DNA from: Bacilli bacterium
GTDB lineage: Bacteria > Bacillota_I > Bacilli_A > RFN20 > CAG-826
Length of the DNA: 64,000 nucleotides
Reading direction: 5' to 3'
NCBI GenBank assembly: GCA_045117995.1
Contig: JBGUOH010000003.1
Location: forward strand, 32,374-96,373
The notes beneath the pieces are model-generated. The model had not been told where the DNA came from. It did not search any database and saw nothing but the letters and a program-made list of their open reading frames with translations. The translations under genes were made by a program, and so were the position numbers. Of the stretch, positions 29,113 through 39,401 are shown piece after piece (position 1 is the first letter of the stretch; every line of letters starts with the position of its first letter).

Positions 29113-29224
29113 CATTCGTCGACCAGGGCAGTTACCATCCTGGAACACCGTAGCCATCTATTTCTAGATGCGTCGTGGTCGCGCACTGATTCTCCACCTT
29201 CGACGAATTAATTATATCAAATAT

Positions 29225-30106
29225 TTACTTACTGTACTTATTTTTAATAAAGTCGATGAAGTTTTCTTCGAGTGTAGAGAGTTGATGACCTTTACGCCAG
29301 ACGAAAAGGTAATCGACTTTTTTCTCTTCACCTTCAATCTCTTTAGAGATTAAGGAGTTATTCATAATATAAGCGGTCTTAGGGAAGATAGAGATACCCA
29401 CTCCTCGACCCGCCATAGCAGCGGCATCCAGATAGTTATCCATTTCACAGACGATATTCGCATCTAAATGTTCTTTCTTGAACCATTTATTAATACCATC
29501 AACGTGTATCTTTCTACTAGGAACAATAATCTTCTCATCTTTTAATTGTTCAATAGTGATCTTCTCATTAGGGGATTTCGCTAATGGATGGTCTTTATTC
29601 ATTAAAGCAACCATCTTTTCTTCACCAACCTTAAAGCTATTTAATAAGATTTGATCATATGGTGAAGTAATAACGGCAAGTGAAATAATACCCGCTCTCA
29701 TTTTATCAATTAAGTCATCACTGTTACCGTCTAAGATTCTAAACTTAACGTTTGGATGCATCTTTAAGAATTCAGAGATCCATTCCGCAGCGATATCAGG
29801 AGCGGTGCCTTCAACTAGACCAATACCAATCGTGCCACTTAAACCTTTGTTCATTAATAAGATTTCATTAATGGTTTTATCGTTTAATAAGAGAATATCT
29901 TTAGCCTTTTGATATAAGTATTTACCTTCATCAGTTAACTCTAGATGTCTTTTACCTCTAATAAATAAAGTGGTGTTTAATTCTTCTTCCAAATTTTTAA
30001 TTTGATTAGAGAGAGGTGGTTGACTCATCATTAAAATCTTACTTGCTCTGGTGATGTTTAATTCTTCTGCGACAACCACAAAATATCTTAAAGTCTTTAG
30101 ATCCAT
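29225..30106 (-). CDS. LysR family transcriptional regulator
   Basis: N-terminal 'LKTLRYFVVVAEELNITRASKILMMSQPPLSNQIKNLEEEL' LysR HTH; 293 aa; divergent from aminotransferase gene at 30214. Confidence 0.75.
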   Translation of the reverse strand: MDLKTLRYFVVVAEELNITRASKILMMSQPPLSNQIKNLEEELNTTLFIRGKRHLELTDEGKYLYQKAKDILLLNDKTINEILLMNKGLSGTIGIGLVEGTAPDIAAEWISEFLKMHPNVKFRILDGNSDDLIDKMRAGIISLAVITSPYDQILLNSFKVGEEKMVALMNKDHPLAKSPNEKITIEQLKDEKIIVPSRKIHVDGINKWFKKEHLDANIVCEMDNYLDAAAMAGRGVGISIFPKTAYIMNNSLISKEIEGEEKKVDYLFVWRKGHQLSTLEENFIDFIKNKYSK

Positions 30107-30213
30107 AATTATCTCCTATCATACGAAAAACGTATAACAACCATTTCATTATATGTATTTATTTATACTTATTTCAATGTGATAGTGTTTTTCTATAAAG
30201 GAATACACATATT

Positions 30214-31398
30214 ATGTTTGATAAGAAAATGTTAGATATTGGTTATAGCCAATCCACAATTAGGGATTTATATACATATGGTTTAGCTAGAAAGAAAGTA
30301 ATAGGCGAAGATAACGTCTATGACTTTAGTATTGGTAATCCTTCTATTCCCGCTCCTAATATTGTTAACGAAACACTTATCAAACTTTTAACAACAGAAG
30401 ATTCCGTAAAGATACATGGCTATACTGTTTCTCCTGGTGATATCGATGTAAGAAACAGCATTGCTGATTATTTAAACAAAACATATAACACGAGCGTTAT
30501 TGGTGAATATATCTTCCTAACTTGTGGCGCTGCCGCATCTTTAGCGATCGCCACAAAAGCTCTCGTGGCCCCAGGTGAAGAAGTTATTGTCTTCGCCCCT
30601 CACTTTCCAGAATATCGTACATATACAGAAGCAGTAGGCGGTATCTTAGTGCCCGTTATGCCCGCGAAAGACTTCCTACCAGATTTTGAAGATTTGGAAA
30701 GAAAGATTACTAGTAAAACTAAAATGGTCATCTATGATTCCCCTAATAATCCAACAGGGGCATTCTATGATGAAGATACCATTAAGAAACTAAGTGAAGT
30801 ACTTCATAAAAAAGAAATCGAATATAATCATCCAATCTATTTAGTAAGTGATGAACCATATAGAGACCTTTTATATGGTAATGAAGCATATCCATTTATC
30901 ACTAACTACTATAACAACTCACTTGTTTGTTATTCATTTTCTAAATCTTTATCTCTTCCAGGAGAAAGAATTGGTTACGTATTAGTGAATCCAAAATGCG
31001 AAGATGTCGAAGATGTCTATGCTGTTATCTGTGGCGCAGCCTCTATGCTAGGCTATATATGCGCACCTGCGTTATTCCAACACATGGTGCCTTATGTGCT
31101 TGGACATACATCAAATCTAGATGAATATAAAAAGAATAAGGATACTTTATATAACGCGCTTAAAGAGATTGGCTATGATGTCATCTATCCAACAGGTGCT
31201 TTCTATTTATTTATGAAAGCGTTAGAGGAAGACGCTGAAGCTTTTAGCGAAACCGCTAAGAAGTTTGAATTACTTCTCGTACCAAGTGATCCATTCAGTT
31301 ATAAAGGATATATACGAATTGCCTATTGTGTAAGTTACAAACAGATTGTAAATTCACTTCCTGCATTTAAAAAACTCTACGATTATTATAAGAAATAA
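30214..31398 (+). CDS. PLP-dependent aminotransferase class I/II
   Basis: 'YSFSKSLSLPGERIGY' PLP-Lys motif, 'DSPNNPTG'; 394 aa. Confidence 0.7.
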   Translation: MFDKKMLDIGYSQSTIRDLYTYGLARKKVIGEDNVYDFSIGNPSIPAPNIVNETLIKLLTTEDSVKIHGYTVSPGDIDVRNSIADYLNKTYNTSVIGEYIFLTCGAAASLAIATKALVAPGEEVIVFAPHFPEYRTYTEAVGGILVPVMPAKDFLPDFEDLERKITSKTKMVIYDSPNNPTGAFYDEDTIKKLSEVLHKKEIEYNHPIYLVSDEPYRDLLYGNEAYPFITNYYNNSLVCYSFSKSLSLPGERIGYVLVNPKCEDVEDVYAVICGAASMLGYICAPALFQHMVPYVLGHTSNLDEYKKNKDTLYNALKEIGYDVIYPTGAFYLFMKALEEDAEAFSETAKKFELLLVPSDPFSYKGYIRIAYCVSYKQIVNSLPAFKKLYDYYKK

Positions 31399-31527
31399 AG
31401 CATTTTCTTTTGATATCGAGTAAAGAAAACATAACATACGAAAAAGATATGATAACCATAATGTTATATGTATTTTATTGATGCAATATGTGCATGATAG
31501 TATATGCCCATAGTTGGTTGTCGAATT

Positions 31528-33120
31528 ATGAAGTACATATTTGTTACAGGCGGTGTTGTTTCAGGTTTAGGTAAGGGCATCTGCGCCGCTTCTTTAGCCC
31601 GTTTATTAAAGCAAAGAGGATACTCTGTTAAGAATCAAAAATTTGATCCTTATTTAAATGTTGACCCAGGAACTATGTCTCCTTATCAACACGGTGAAGT
31701 GTTTGTCACCGATGATGGCGCGGAAACAGACTTAGACTTAGGTCACTATGAAAGATTCACTAATGTGCCTTTAGATGCATCTTGTTCTGTTTCTTCTGGT
31801 AAGGTTTACTGGAATGTTATTAATAGAGAAAGAACAGGTGGCTATTTAGGCAGAACCGTTCAAATCATCCCTGATGTTATTGATGAAATTAAAAGATGGA
31901 TTTATATCTCTGAAAAACAAAACATCGATATCGCTATTTGCGAAATCGGTGGTACTGTCGGTGATATTGAATCTTTACCATTCTTAGAAGCTATTAGACA
32001 AGTTGGTCAAGATAAGGGTAGAGAAAACGTTATCTATATCCATGTCCCACTTATCGTTGAGATTCCAGGTAGTGGTGAACTTAAAAGTAAACCAGTCCAA
32101 CACAGTGTCCGAGAACTCAATTCTTTAGGTATCCAACCAGATGTACTCGTTTGTAGAAGCACACAACCATTAACACAAGAAATCAAAGATAAGATTGCTT
32201 TACTTTGTGATATTGATAAAAGAGCGATTATTGAAAATTTAACTGCTTCTAGTATTTATGAAGTGCCACTTCTTTTAGAAAACGAAGGTTTAACTGATAT
32301 TGTTTGTGAAAAGCTTCACTTACCAATTACTAAACCAGATTTAGAAAAGTGGACTGCGATGGTTGATAAAATCAAAGGCGCTCATAAGAAAGTTAAAATT
32401 GCCCTTGTGGGTAAATATACCCAATTACATGATGCTTATTTAAGTGTTGAAGAATCAATCTTCCACGCGGCATCATCTTTAGACGCAAAAGCGGAAATCC
32501 TTTGGATTGATAGTGAAAAGATCACCGCGAAGAACGTCAAAGAAAAATTAAAAGAAGCTGATGGTCTCATCATCCCAGGTGGTTTTGGTACCCGTGGTAT
32601 TGAAGGTATGGTGGAATCCGCGAAATACGCTAGAGAAAACAATATCCCATGCTTAGGTATCTGTTTAGGTATGCAAGTGATGGTTATTGAATACGCTAGA
32701 AGTGTTTTAGGTTTTAAAGACGCTAATAGTAGTGAGTTTGATGAAAATACAACTCATCCAGTTATTGCCCTTTTACCAGAACAAGTTAATATCGTCGCTA
32801 AAGGGGCCACGATGAGATTAGGTAGCTATCCATGTGCCTTACAAAAAGACTCTTTGGCGAAATCCCTCTATAACAAAGACATGATTAATGAACGTCATAG
32901 ACATAGATACGAATTTAACAATATCTATCGTCAAGACTTTATCGATAAGGGCTTAAGATTAAGTGGTTTATCCCCAAATAAGTCACTCGTTGAAATCGTT
33001 GAATGCCCTGCTAATAAATATCATATTGGTTCTCAATTCCATCCAGAATTTAAATCAAGACCTACTAAGCCACACCCATTATTCGTGGGCTTAATCTCTA
33101 ACGCGTTAGAAGGTAAGTAA
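31528..33120 (+). CDS. pyrG: CTP synthase
   Basis: '[18 protein letters not shown]', GATase 'GICLGMQ', conserved layout; ORF track starts at 31504 but the conserved N-terminus begins at the Met at 31528. Confidence 0.9.
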   Translation: MKYIFVTGGVVSGLGKGICAASLARLLKQRGYSVKNQKFDPYLNVDPGTMSPYQHGEVFVTDDGAETDLDLGHYERFTNVPLDASCSVSSGKVYWNVINRERTGGYLGRTVQIIPDVIDEIKRWIYISEKQNIDIAICEIGGTVGDIESLPFLEAIRQVGQDKGRENVIYIHVPLIVEIPGSGELKSKPVQHSVRELNSLGIQPDVLVCRSTQPLTQEIKDKIALLCDIDKRAIIENLTASSIYEVPLLLENEGLTDIVCEKLHLPITKPDLEKWTAMVDKIKGAHKKVKIALVGKYTQLHDAYLSVEESIFHAASSLDAKAEILWIDSEKITAKNVKEKLKEADGLIIPGGFGTRGIEGMVESAKYARENNIPCLGICLGMQVMVIEYARSVLGFKDANSSEFDENTTHPVIALLPEQVNIVAKGATMRLGSYPCALQKDSLAKSLYNKDMINERHRHRYEFNNIYRQDFIDKGLRLSGLSPNKSLVEIVECPANKYHIGSQFHPEFKSRPTKPHPLFVGLISNALEGK

Positions 33121-33122
33121 TT

Positions 33123-34661
33123 ATGCATGAGACAGTATTAGTTATCGACTTTGGTGCCCAATATTCGGAAGTCATCGCGCGTAGGATTAGAGAGAACAAT
33201 GTCTATTGCGAGGTTTTGCCTTGGACTACTTCGACAACTTTCATTCAAAGCAAGAATCCAATAGGCATTGTTCTTTCTGGTGGTCCTAGTAGTGTTTATG
33301 AAGAAGGTTCACCAAAGGTGGATCCATCTTTATTTGAACTCGGTATTCCTGTTTTAGGTATCTGCTACGGCATGCAATTAATGGTCACCCTTTTAGGGGG
33401 TAAAGTTGTCCCAGCGCAAGATGATAAGGGTAGAGAGTATGGCAAAGCGGTCGCTCATTTTGATACACACTGTCCATTATTCAAACGTTTACCAAATAGA
33501 AGTGTCGCGTGGATGAGCCATGGTGATCATACAGAAAAGATTCCTGAAGGATTTAAAGTAAGTGCGACCACTAAGAACTGTGAATATGCTGCTATCTATA
33601 ACGAAGAAAAGAACTTTTATGGTGTGCAATTCCACCCAGAAGTTGAACATACACAATGTGGTAAAGAAATGATTAAAGCTTTCCTTGAACGTGTCTGCCA
33701 CGCGAAAGGTGATTGGTCAATGAAAGACTATTACCATCAAGCGATTGATGAGATCAAAAGAGAAGTTGGTGATAAGAAAGTCTTATTAGCCCTCTCTGGT
33801 GGTGTTGATAGCTCAGTTGCCGCGGTCTTACTTAGCCATGCGATTGGCAAAAACTTAACGTGTGTTTATGTTGACCATGGCTTTATGAGAAAAAACGAAA
33901 CTGAAGAAATCGTTGAGCGTTTCTCTAAATATGACCTTAATTTTATTAAAGTCGACGCTCGTAAGGATTTCATGAATGCCTTAAAAGGTGTTAAAGAACC
34001 TGAACAGAAAAGACATATCATTGGTAAAACATTTATCGATGTCTTTAGTAATGTCGCTAAAGAACTTAAAGGTATTGATTATTTAGCCCAAGGTACCATC
34101 TATCCAGACGTGATTGAATCTGGTTCTATCAATGGTAACACCATTAAGAGTCATCATAATGTCGGCGGTTTGCCAGAGCATTTACCATTTAAAAAGATTA
34201 TTGAACCTCTTTCTAAACTATTTAAAGACGAAGTCAGAGAACTTGGCTTAGAAATGGGTATTGATGAAGCATTAGTTTTCCGACAACCTTTCCCAGGTCC
34301 AGGATTAGCGGTCCGTATTATCGGGGATATCACTGATGAGAAATTAGAAATTCTTAAAGAAGCAGATTATATCTTTAGAGAAGTGATCGCTAAAAACAAT
34401 TACCAAAAGAAAATCAGTCAGTATTTCGCTGTTTTAACCAATATGCAAAGCGTTGGTGTGATGGGGGATATGAGAACCTATCAATATGCGATTGCCTTAC
34501 GTGCGGTTTCTACAGACGACTTTATGACTGCGAATTATGTAAGACTACCTTACCGTGTCTTAGATGAAGCGAGTAGAAGGATAGTCAATGAAGTCAAAGG
34601 TGTGAATAGAGTGGTCTATGACATCACTAGTAAACCACCAGCGACTATCGAATATGAATAG
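33123..34661 (+). CDS. guaA: GMP synthase (glutamine-hydrolysing)
   Basis: GATase 'GICYGMQ', ATP-PPase 'LALSGGVDSSV', C-terminal dimerisation domain; 512 aa. Confidence 0.9.
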   Translation: MHETVLVIDFGAQYSEVIARRIRENNVYCEVLPWTTSTTFIQSKNPIGIVLSGGPSSVYEEGSPKVDPSLFELGIPVLGICYGMQLMVTLLGGKVVPAQDDKGREYGKAVAHFDTHCPLFKRLPNRSVAWMSHGDHTEKIPEGFKVSATTKNCEYAAIYNEEKNFYGVQFHPEVEHTQCGKEMIKAFLERVCHAKGDWSMKDYYHQAIDEIKREVGDKKVLLALSGGVDSSVAAVLLSHAIGKNLTCVYVDHGFMRKNETEEIVERFSKYDLNFIKVDARKDFMNALKGVKEPEQKRHIIGKTFIDVFSNVAKELKGIDYLAQGTIYPDVIESGSINGNTIKSHHNVGGLPEHLPFKKIIEPLSKLFKDEVRELGLEMGIDEALVFRQPFPGPGLAVRIIGDITDEKLEILKEADYIFREVIAKNNYQKKISQYFAVLTNMQSVGVMGDMRTYQYAIALRAVSTDDFMTANYVRLPYRVLDEASRRIVNEVKGVNRVVYDITSKPPATIEYE

Positions 34662-34672
34662 GAGAAAAGATT

Positions 34673-36766
34673 ATGAAAATCGTTCCAGAAGAATTTGGAA
34701 AACTAGTGTTCAATGAAAACGCGATGCGCAAAGCATTGAGCAAAGAAGTTTTTGATAAATTAGAACAAACAATTAAAAATGGTGAATCATTGGATTCATC
34801 ATTAGCCCACAAAGTGGCGGAAGCTATGAAAGACTGGGCTATCGCTAATGGGGCAACCCATTATACCCACTGGTTCCAACCATTAACGGGTATCACTGCT
34901 GAAAAGCACGAAAGTTTCTTAACCAATGTTGAATCTGGTAATCCAGTTTTAGAGCTTTCTGGTAAAGAACTTATTAAAGGTGAACCAGATGCTTCCTCTT
35001 TCCCTTCCGGTGGCTTAAGAAGCACATTTGAAGCTAGAGGCTATACAGCATGGGATCCAACAAGCTATGCCTTTATTAAAGACCATACCTTATGCATTCC
35101 AACAGCGTTTTGCTCCTATGGTGGTCACGCTCTTGATAAAAAGACCCCATTACTTAGAAGTATTGACGCTTTAAATAAAGAAGCTTTAAGAGTATTTAAA
35201 GCCTTAAAGATGAATGATGTGAAACACATCGTCACTAATGTTGGTCCTGAACAAGAATACTTCCTTGTTGATAAAGCTTTATTTGAAAAGAGATTAGACT
35301 TAATCCTTACAGGTAGAACATTATTTGGCGCTCCCGCACCAAAGGGTCAAGAATTAGATGACCATTACTTTGGTGTTATTAAACCAAGAGTGCAAAACTT
35401 CATGGAAGAAGTTGATAGAGAACTTTGGAAGTTAGGTATCAGTGCTAAAACAGAACATAACGAAGTCGCTCCTTCTCAACACGAACTCGCTAATATTTAT
35501 ACAACATGTAATTTAGCATGTGACCAAAACCAATTAGTGATGGAAATCATGACTAAGATTGCGGATAAACATCATTTCGTCATCTTATTCCATGAAAAAC
35601 CATTTGATGGTGTTAATGGTAGTGGTAAACACAATAACTGGTCTATCTCCACAGATACAGGTATTAACTTATTACATCCAGGTGATACACCATTTGAAAA
35701 TAGAGTCTTCTTACTCTTCTTAGCCGCGATCATCAAAGCGGTTGATGAATACCAAGACTTATTAAGAATAAGTGTGGCCTCCGCCTCTAACGATCACCGT
35801 TTAGGTAAAAATGAAGCCCCACCAGCCATCATTTCCATCTTCTTAGGTGATGAATTAACGAAAGTTTTAAAAGCGATTGTTAATGATGAAATGACCTATG
35901 AATCACATAAAGAAAAGATTCTTTTAGGCAGCGATGTCTTACCAAGTATTAATAAAGACAACACTGATAGAAATAGAACGTCTCCATTTGCCTACACTGG
36001 TAACAAGTTTGAATTCAGAATGCCAGGTAGTAACAAAGCGGTTTCTGATGCGAATATGGTCCTTAATACCGCAGTGGCTAATTCCTTAAGAGAATTCGCT
36101 GATGCTTTAGAGGGCGCTAATGACTTAGATAAAGCCATCCATGATTTAGTGAAAGATACCGTTAAGAAACATGAACGTATCTTATTCTCTGGTAATGGCT
36201 ATAACGATGCCTGGGTTTTAGAAGCGGAAAAACGTGGCTTATGTAACTATCCAACAACCCCAGATGCATTAGCCCACTTACTTGATGAAAAGAACGTGAA
36301 GTTATTCGCTGAAGAAAAGGTCTTAGGCTTAGAAGAACTCAAAGCGAGACAAGAAACAGACTATGAAAACTATATCAAGTCTTTAGAAATCGAAGTTAAG
36401 ACTATGATTCATATGGCGAGAAGAGACATTATGCCAGCAATCAACAAATACGTTGGTAAACTCGCTAGAAACATTAATGAAATGAAAGCTATCAGTAAGA
36501 ATATCTCCACTGATTATCAAATCACCATCCTCAATAAGTTAAGTGAAAACCTCACCAAGATTAGTGATGATGTTGACTGGTTAGAAGTGAAATATGAAGA
36601 CGCTGATAAGATCGAAGATGTCGAAAGAAGAGCCTTCTTCATTAAAGACACCTTATTACCATCTATGGCGAAGCTTAGAAAAGTTGTCGATGAATGTGAA
36701 ACATTAATGCCAAAGAACTATTGGCCAATGCCAACATACGAAGAATTATTATTCTCCGAACATTAA
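34673..36766 (+). CDS. glnN: glutamine synthetase type III
   Basis: 697 aa; N-terminal 'AMKDWAIANGATHYTHWFQPLTG' characteristic of GS-III. Confidence 0.7.
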   Translation: MKIVPEEFGKLVFNENAMRKALSKEVFDKLEQTIKNGESLDSSLAHKVAEAMKDWAIANGATHYTHWFQPLTGITAEKHESFLTNVESGNPVLELSGKELIKGEPDASSFPSGGLRSTFEARGYTAWDPTSYAFIKDHTLCIPTAFCSYGGHALDKKTPLLRSIDALNKEALRVFKALKMNDVKHIVTNVGPEQEYFLVDKALFEKRLDLILTGRTLFGAPAPKGQELDDHYFGVIKPRVQNFMEEVDRELWKLGISAKTEHNEVAPSQHELANIYTTCNLACDQNQLVMEIMTKIADKHHFVILFHEKPFDGVNGSGKHNNWSISTDTGINLLHPGDTPFENRVFLLFLAAIIKAVDEYQDLLRISVASASNDHRLGKNEAPPAIISIFLGDELTKVLKAIVNDEMTYESHKEKILLGSDVLPSINKDNTDRNRTSPFAYTGNKFEFRMPGSNKAVSDANMVLNTAVANSLREFADALEGANDLDKAIHDLVKDTVKKHERILFSGNGYNDAWVLEAEKRGLCNYPTTPDALAHLLDEKNVKLFAEEKVLGLEELKARQETDYENYIKSLEIEVKTMIHMARRDIMPAINKYVGKLARNINEMKAISKNISTDYQITILNKLSENLTKISDDVDWLEVKYEDADKIEDVERRAFFIKDTLLPSMAKLRKVVDECETLMPKNYWPMPTYEELLFSEH

Positions 36767-36787
36767 TTACGAAAGGAAACCTAACTT

Positions 36788-38080
36788 ATGATTAAAAGAT
36801 ATTCCCATAAAGAATTCGAAGAAATCTTCTCTGACAAGAATAGATTTAATAACTACTTATTAATCGAAGAAGCGGTCATTGAAGCCTACTTTAAGTTAGG
36901 TTTAATTCCTGAAAGTGATTATAAAGCCATCGTGGAGAAAGCCCACGTTGACTTAGATAGTATTGAAGAGATTGAAGCCATCACTAAACATGATGTCATT
37001 GCGTTCACTAGAAGTATTTCTCTTCAACTTGGTGAAGAAAAGAAATGGTTCCATTATTCACTGACATCCACGGATGTTGTGGATAGTGCTCAATCTTTAA
37101 CTTTAAAAGCCGCGAATAGCCTTCTTTTAAAGGATCTAGATAATTTAATCGAAGTCACGAAGAAAATGGCTAAAAAGTACGTAGATCAACCAATTATGGG
37201 TAGAACTCATGGCATGCACGCAGAAATCACATCCTTTGGTCTTAAATGGGCCTTATGGTTTGATGAACTTAATCGCTGCAAAGAACGTTTCTTAAACGAA
37301 AGAAAGAACATTGAAGTTATTAAGTTAAGTGGAGCGGTTGGTAACTACGCAAACATCCCAATGGAAGTGGAAGAATATGTCGCTAAGAAATTGGGTATGG
37401 ATTACGCGAAGATTTCCACTCAAGTCCTATCAAGAGATAGACATGCTGGTTATATTTTCTCATTAGCCCAAATCGCTTCTTGCTTAGAAAAGATGGCCAC
37501 TGAAATCAGACATCTTTCTAGAAGTGAAATTGGTGAAGTTCAAGAACCATTCTCTAAAGGCCAAAAAGGTAGCAGTGCGATGCCACATAAAAAGAACCCA
37601 ATTGGCTGTGAAAACATCTGTGGTTGTGCTCGTTTAATGAGAAGCTATGTTGATGTGGCATTAGAAGATAATAACTTATGGCATGAAAGAGATATCTCTC
37701 ATTCTTCTGCGGAACGTATCATCCTTCCTGATGCTTGCACCTTATTAGATTACATGCTTAAGAGGTTCACAGGTATTTGTAAAGACCTCGTAGTTAATAC
37801 CGAAAAGATGAATGAAAACATTCTTCTTCATTATGGTGTCACCTATTCAGGTGGTGTCTTAAGTAAACTCATTAATAAAGGTATGTCTAGAGAAGAAGCC
37901 TATGACCTCATTCAACCAATTGCGTTTAAAGCGTTAAACGAAAAGAAATTATTTAGACATTTATTAATTGAAGACGCTGAAGTTAGCAAAGTGCTCACTA
38001 AGAAAGAAATTACTGAATGCTTTGATGAAAATAACTATTTAAAGAACGTCAAGAAAATCTATAAGAGACTAGGTATTTAA
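36788..38080 (+). CDS. purB: adenylosuccinate lyase
   Basis: Fumarate-lyase superfamily signature 'SSAMPHKKNP'; 430 aa. Confidence 0.85.
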   Translation: MIKRYSHKEFEEIFSDKNRFNNYLLIEEAVIEAYFKLGLIPESDYKAIVEKAHVDLDSIEEIEAITKHDVIAFTRSISLQLGEEKKWFHYSLTSTDVVDSAQSLTLKAANSLLLKDLDNLIEVTKKMAKKYVDQPIMGRTHGMHAEITSFGLKWALWFDELNRCKERFLNERKNIEVIKLSGAVGNYANIPMEVEEYVAKKLGMDYAKISTQVLSRDRHAGYIFSLAQIASCLEKMATEIRHLSRSEIGEVQEPFSKGQKGSSAMPHKKNPIGCENICGCARLMRSYVDVALEDNNLWHERDISHSSAERIILPDACTLLDYMLKRFTGICKDLVVNTEKMNENILLHYGVTYSGGVLSKLINKGMSREEAYDLIQPIAFKALNEKKLFRHLLIEDAEVSKVLTKKEITECFDENNYLKNVKKIYKRLGI

Positions 38081-38082
38081 TT

Positions 38083-39363
38083 ATGGGTAAATCATTATTA
38101 GTGTTAGGTAGCCAATGGGGCGATGAAGGAAAGGGTAAAATCACTAACTTTCTTTCTGAAAAAGCTGACATCGTTATTAGATATCAAGGTGGTAATAACG
38201 CAGGACACACAATTGTGTTCGGTGGTCATAAGTACGCTTTAAGACTAATACCTTCTGGTGTCTTTAATGAAAATGTTAAATGCGTACTCGCTAACGGGAT
38301 GGTTATTAATCCAAGAGCGTTCAAAGAAGAAGTGGAAGAAATTAGAAAAGCAGGATTTCCCGCTAAAAACATCTATATCTCCGATAGAGCGCACGTTTTA
38401 TTTGATCACCATATCGAATTAGATCGATTAAATGAAGAATCATTAGGCTCTAAAAAGATTGGCACTACCAAACGTGGTATTGGTCCTGCCTATGCGGATA
38501 AGATTTCTCGTGTCGGTATGAGAATGTGTGATTTCATTTCAAATGAATTCCCAGAATTATATAAAAACTTATTAACCATTAAAAACAAACAAATCATTGA
38601 TATGGGTGGTAACCCAATTGATTACGATAAAACAGTTAAAGAATACCTTGAACTCGCTGACTATATTAGACCAATGGTCATTGATACAGTGGCGATGATT
38701 GGTAAAGCCAGAAAAGAAGGTAAGAACATCCTCTTTGAAGGTGCGCAAGGCGCTTTATTAGATGTTGACTTTGGTAGCTATCCATATGTTACTTCCTCAA
38801 ATGTCACCTCAGGTGGCACAGTTGATGGAACTGGTATTGGTTGCCACGGCATCGATAACATCTTAGGTATCGTCAAAGCCTATGAGACACGTGTGGGTGA
38901 AGGCGCTTTCCCAACCGAACAATTAAATGAAGTGGGTAACCTTATTAGAGAAAGAGGCCATGAATATGGTACAGTGACCCATCGTCCAAGAAGAACAGGC
39001 TTCTTAGATTTACCTGCTTTAAAATACTCTATTCAAATTAACTCTATTTCATATATTTGCTTAACACTTGTGGACGTTTTAACGGGCTTTGATAAAGTCC
39101 CAGTTTGTACCCATTATGAATACCAGGGTCAACTAATTGATACTTTACCAGCCTCAGATAGAGTGCTCAGAGAATGTAAACCAGTCTATGCTTATTTAGA
39201 TGGTTGGAGTGAAGATATTTCTAATATCAAAACATATGATGCGTTACCAGAAAACGTTAGAAAATACGTTGAGTTTATTGAAAAAGAAACTGGCACTCCA
39301 GTGGTGATGGTTTCCACTGGTCCAGATAAAAATCAAACAATTATTAGGGAAGAAATATTCTAA
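38083..39363 (+). CDS. purA: adenylosuccinate synthetase
   Basis: 'GSQWGDEGKGKI', 'GNNAGHT', 'TTKRGIGPAY'; 426 aa. Confidence 0.9.
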   Translation: MGKSLLVLGSQWGDEGKGKITNFLSEKADIVIRYQGGNNAGHTIVFGGHKYALRLIPSGVFNENVKCVLANGMVINPRAFKEEVEEIRKAGFPAKNIYISDRAHVLFDHHIELDRLNEESLGSKKIGTTKRGIGPAYADKISRVGMRMCDFISNEFPELYKNLLTIKNKQIIDMGGNPIDYDKTVKEYLELADYIRPMVIDTVAMIGKARKEGKNILFEGAQGALLDVDFGSYPYVTSSNVTSGGTVDGTGIGCHGIDNILGIVKAYETRVGEGAFPTEQLNEVGNLIRERGHEYGTVTHRPRRTGFLDLPALKYSIQINSISYICLTLVDVLTGFDKVPVCTHYEYQGQLIDTLPASDRVLRECKPVYAYLDGWSEDISNIKTYDALPENVRKYVEFIEKETGTPVVMVSTGPDKNQTIIREEIF

Positions 39364-39401
39364 TCGGTATAATGTAATATAACATTAAGAGGAATTATTA
39401 A

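Noticed and set aside
29168-29353. 61-aa + strand ORF across the GC-rich intergenic element into the LysR 3' end
   Set aside because: No RBS; it overlaps the convergent LysR gene and is most likely spurious.
31504-31527. pyrG N-terminal extension 'MPIVGCRI'
   Set aside because: CTP synthases begin at the conserved '[10 protein letters not shown]'; the extension is probably untranslated.
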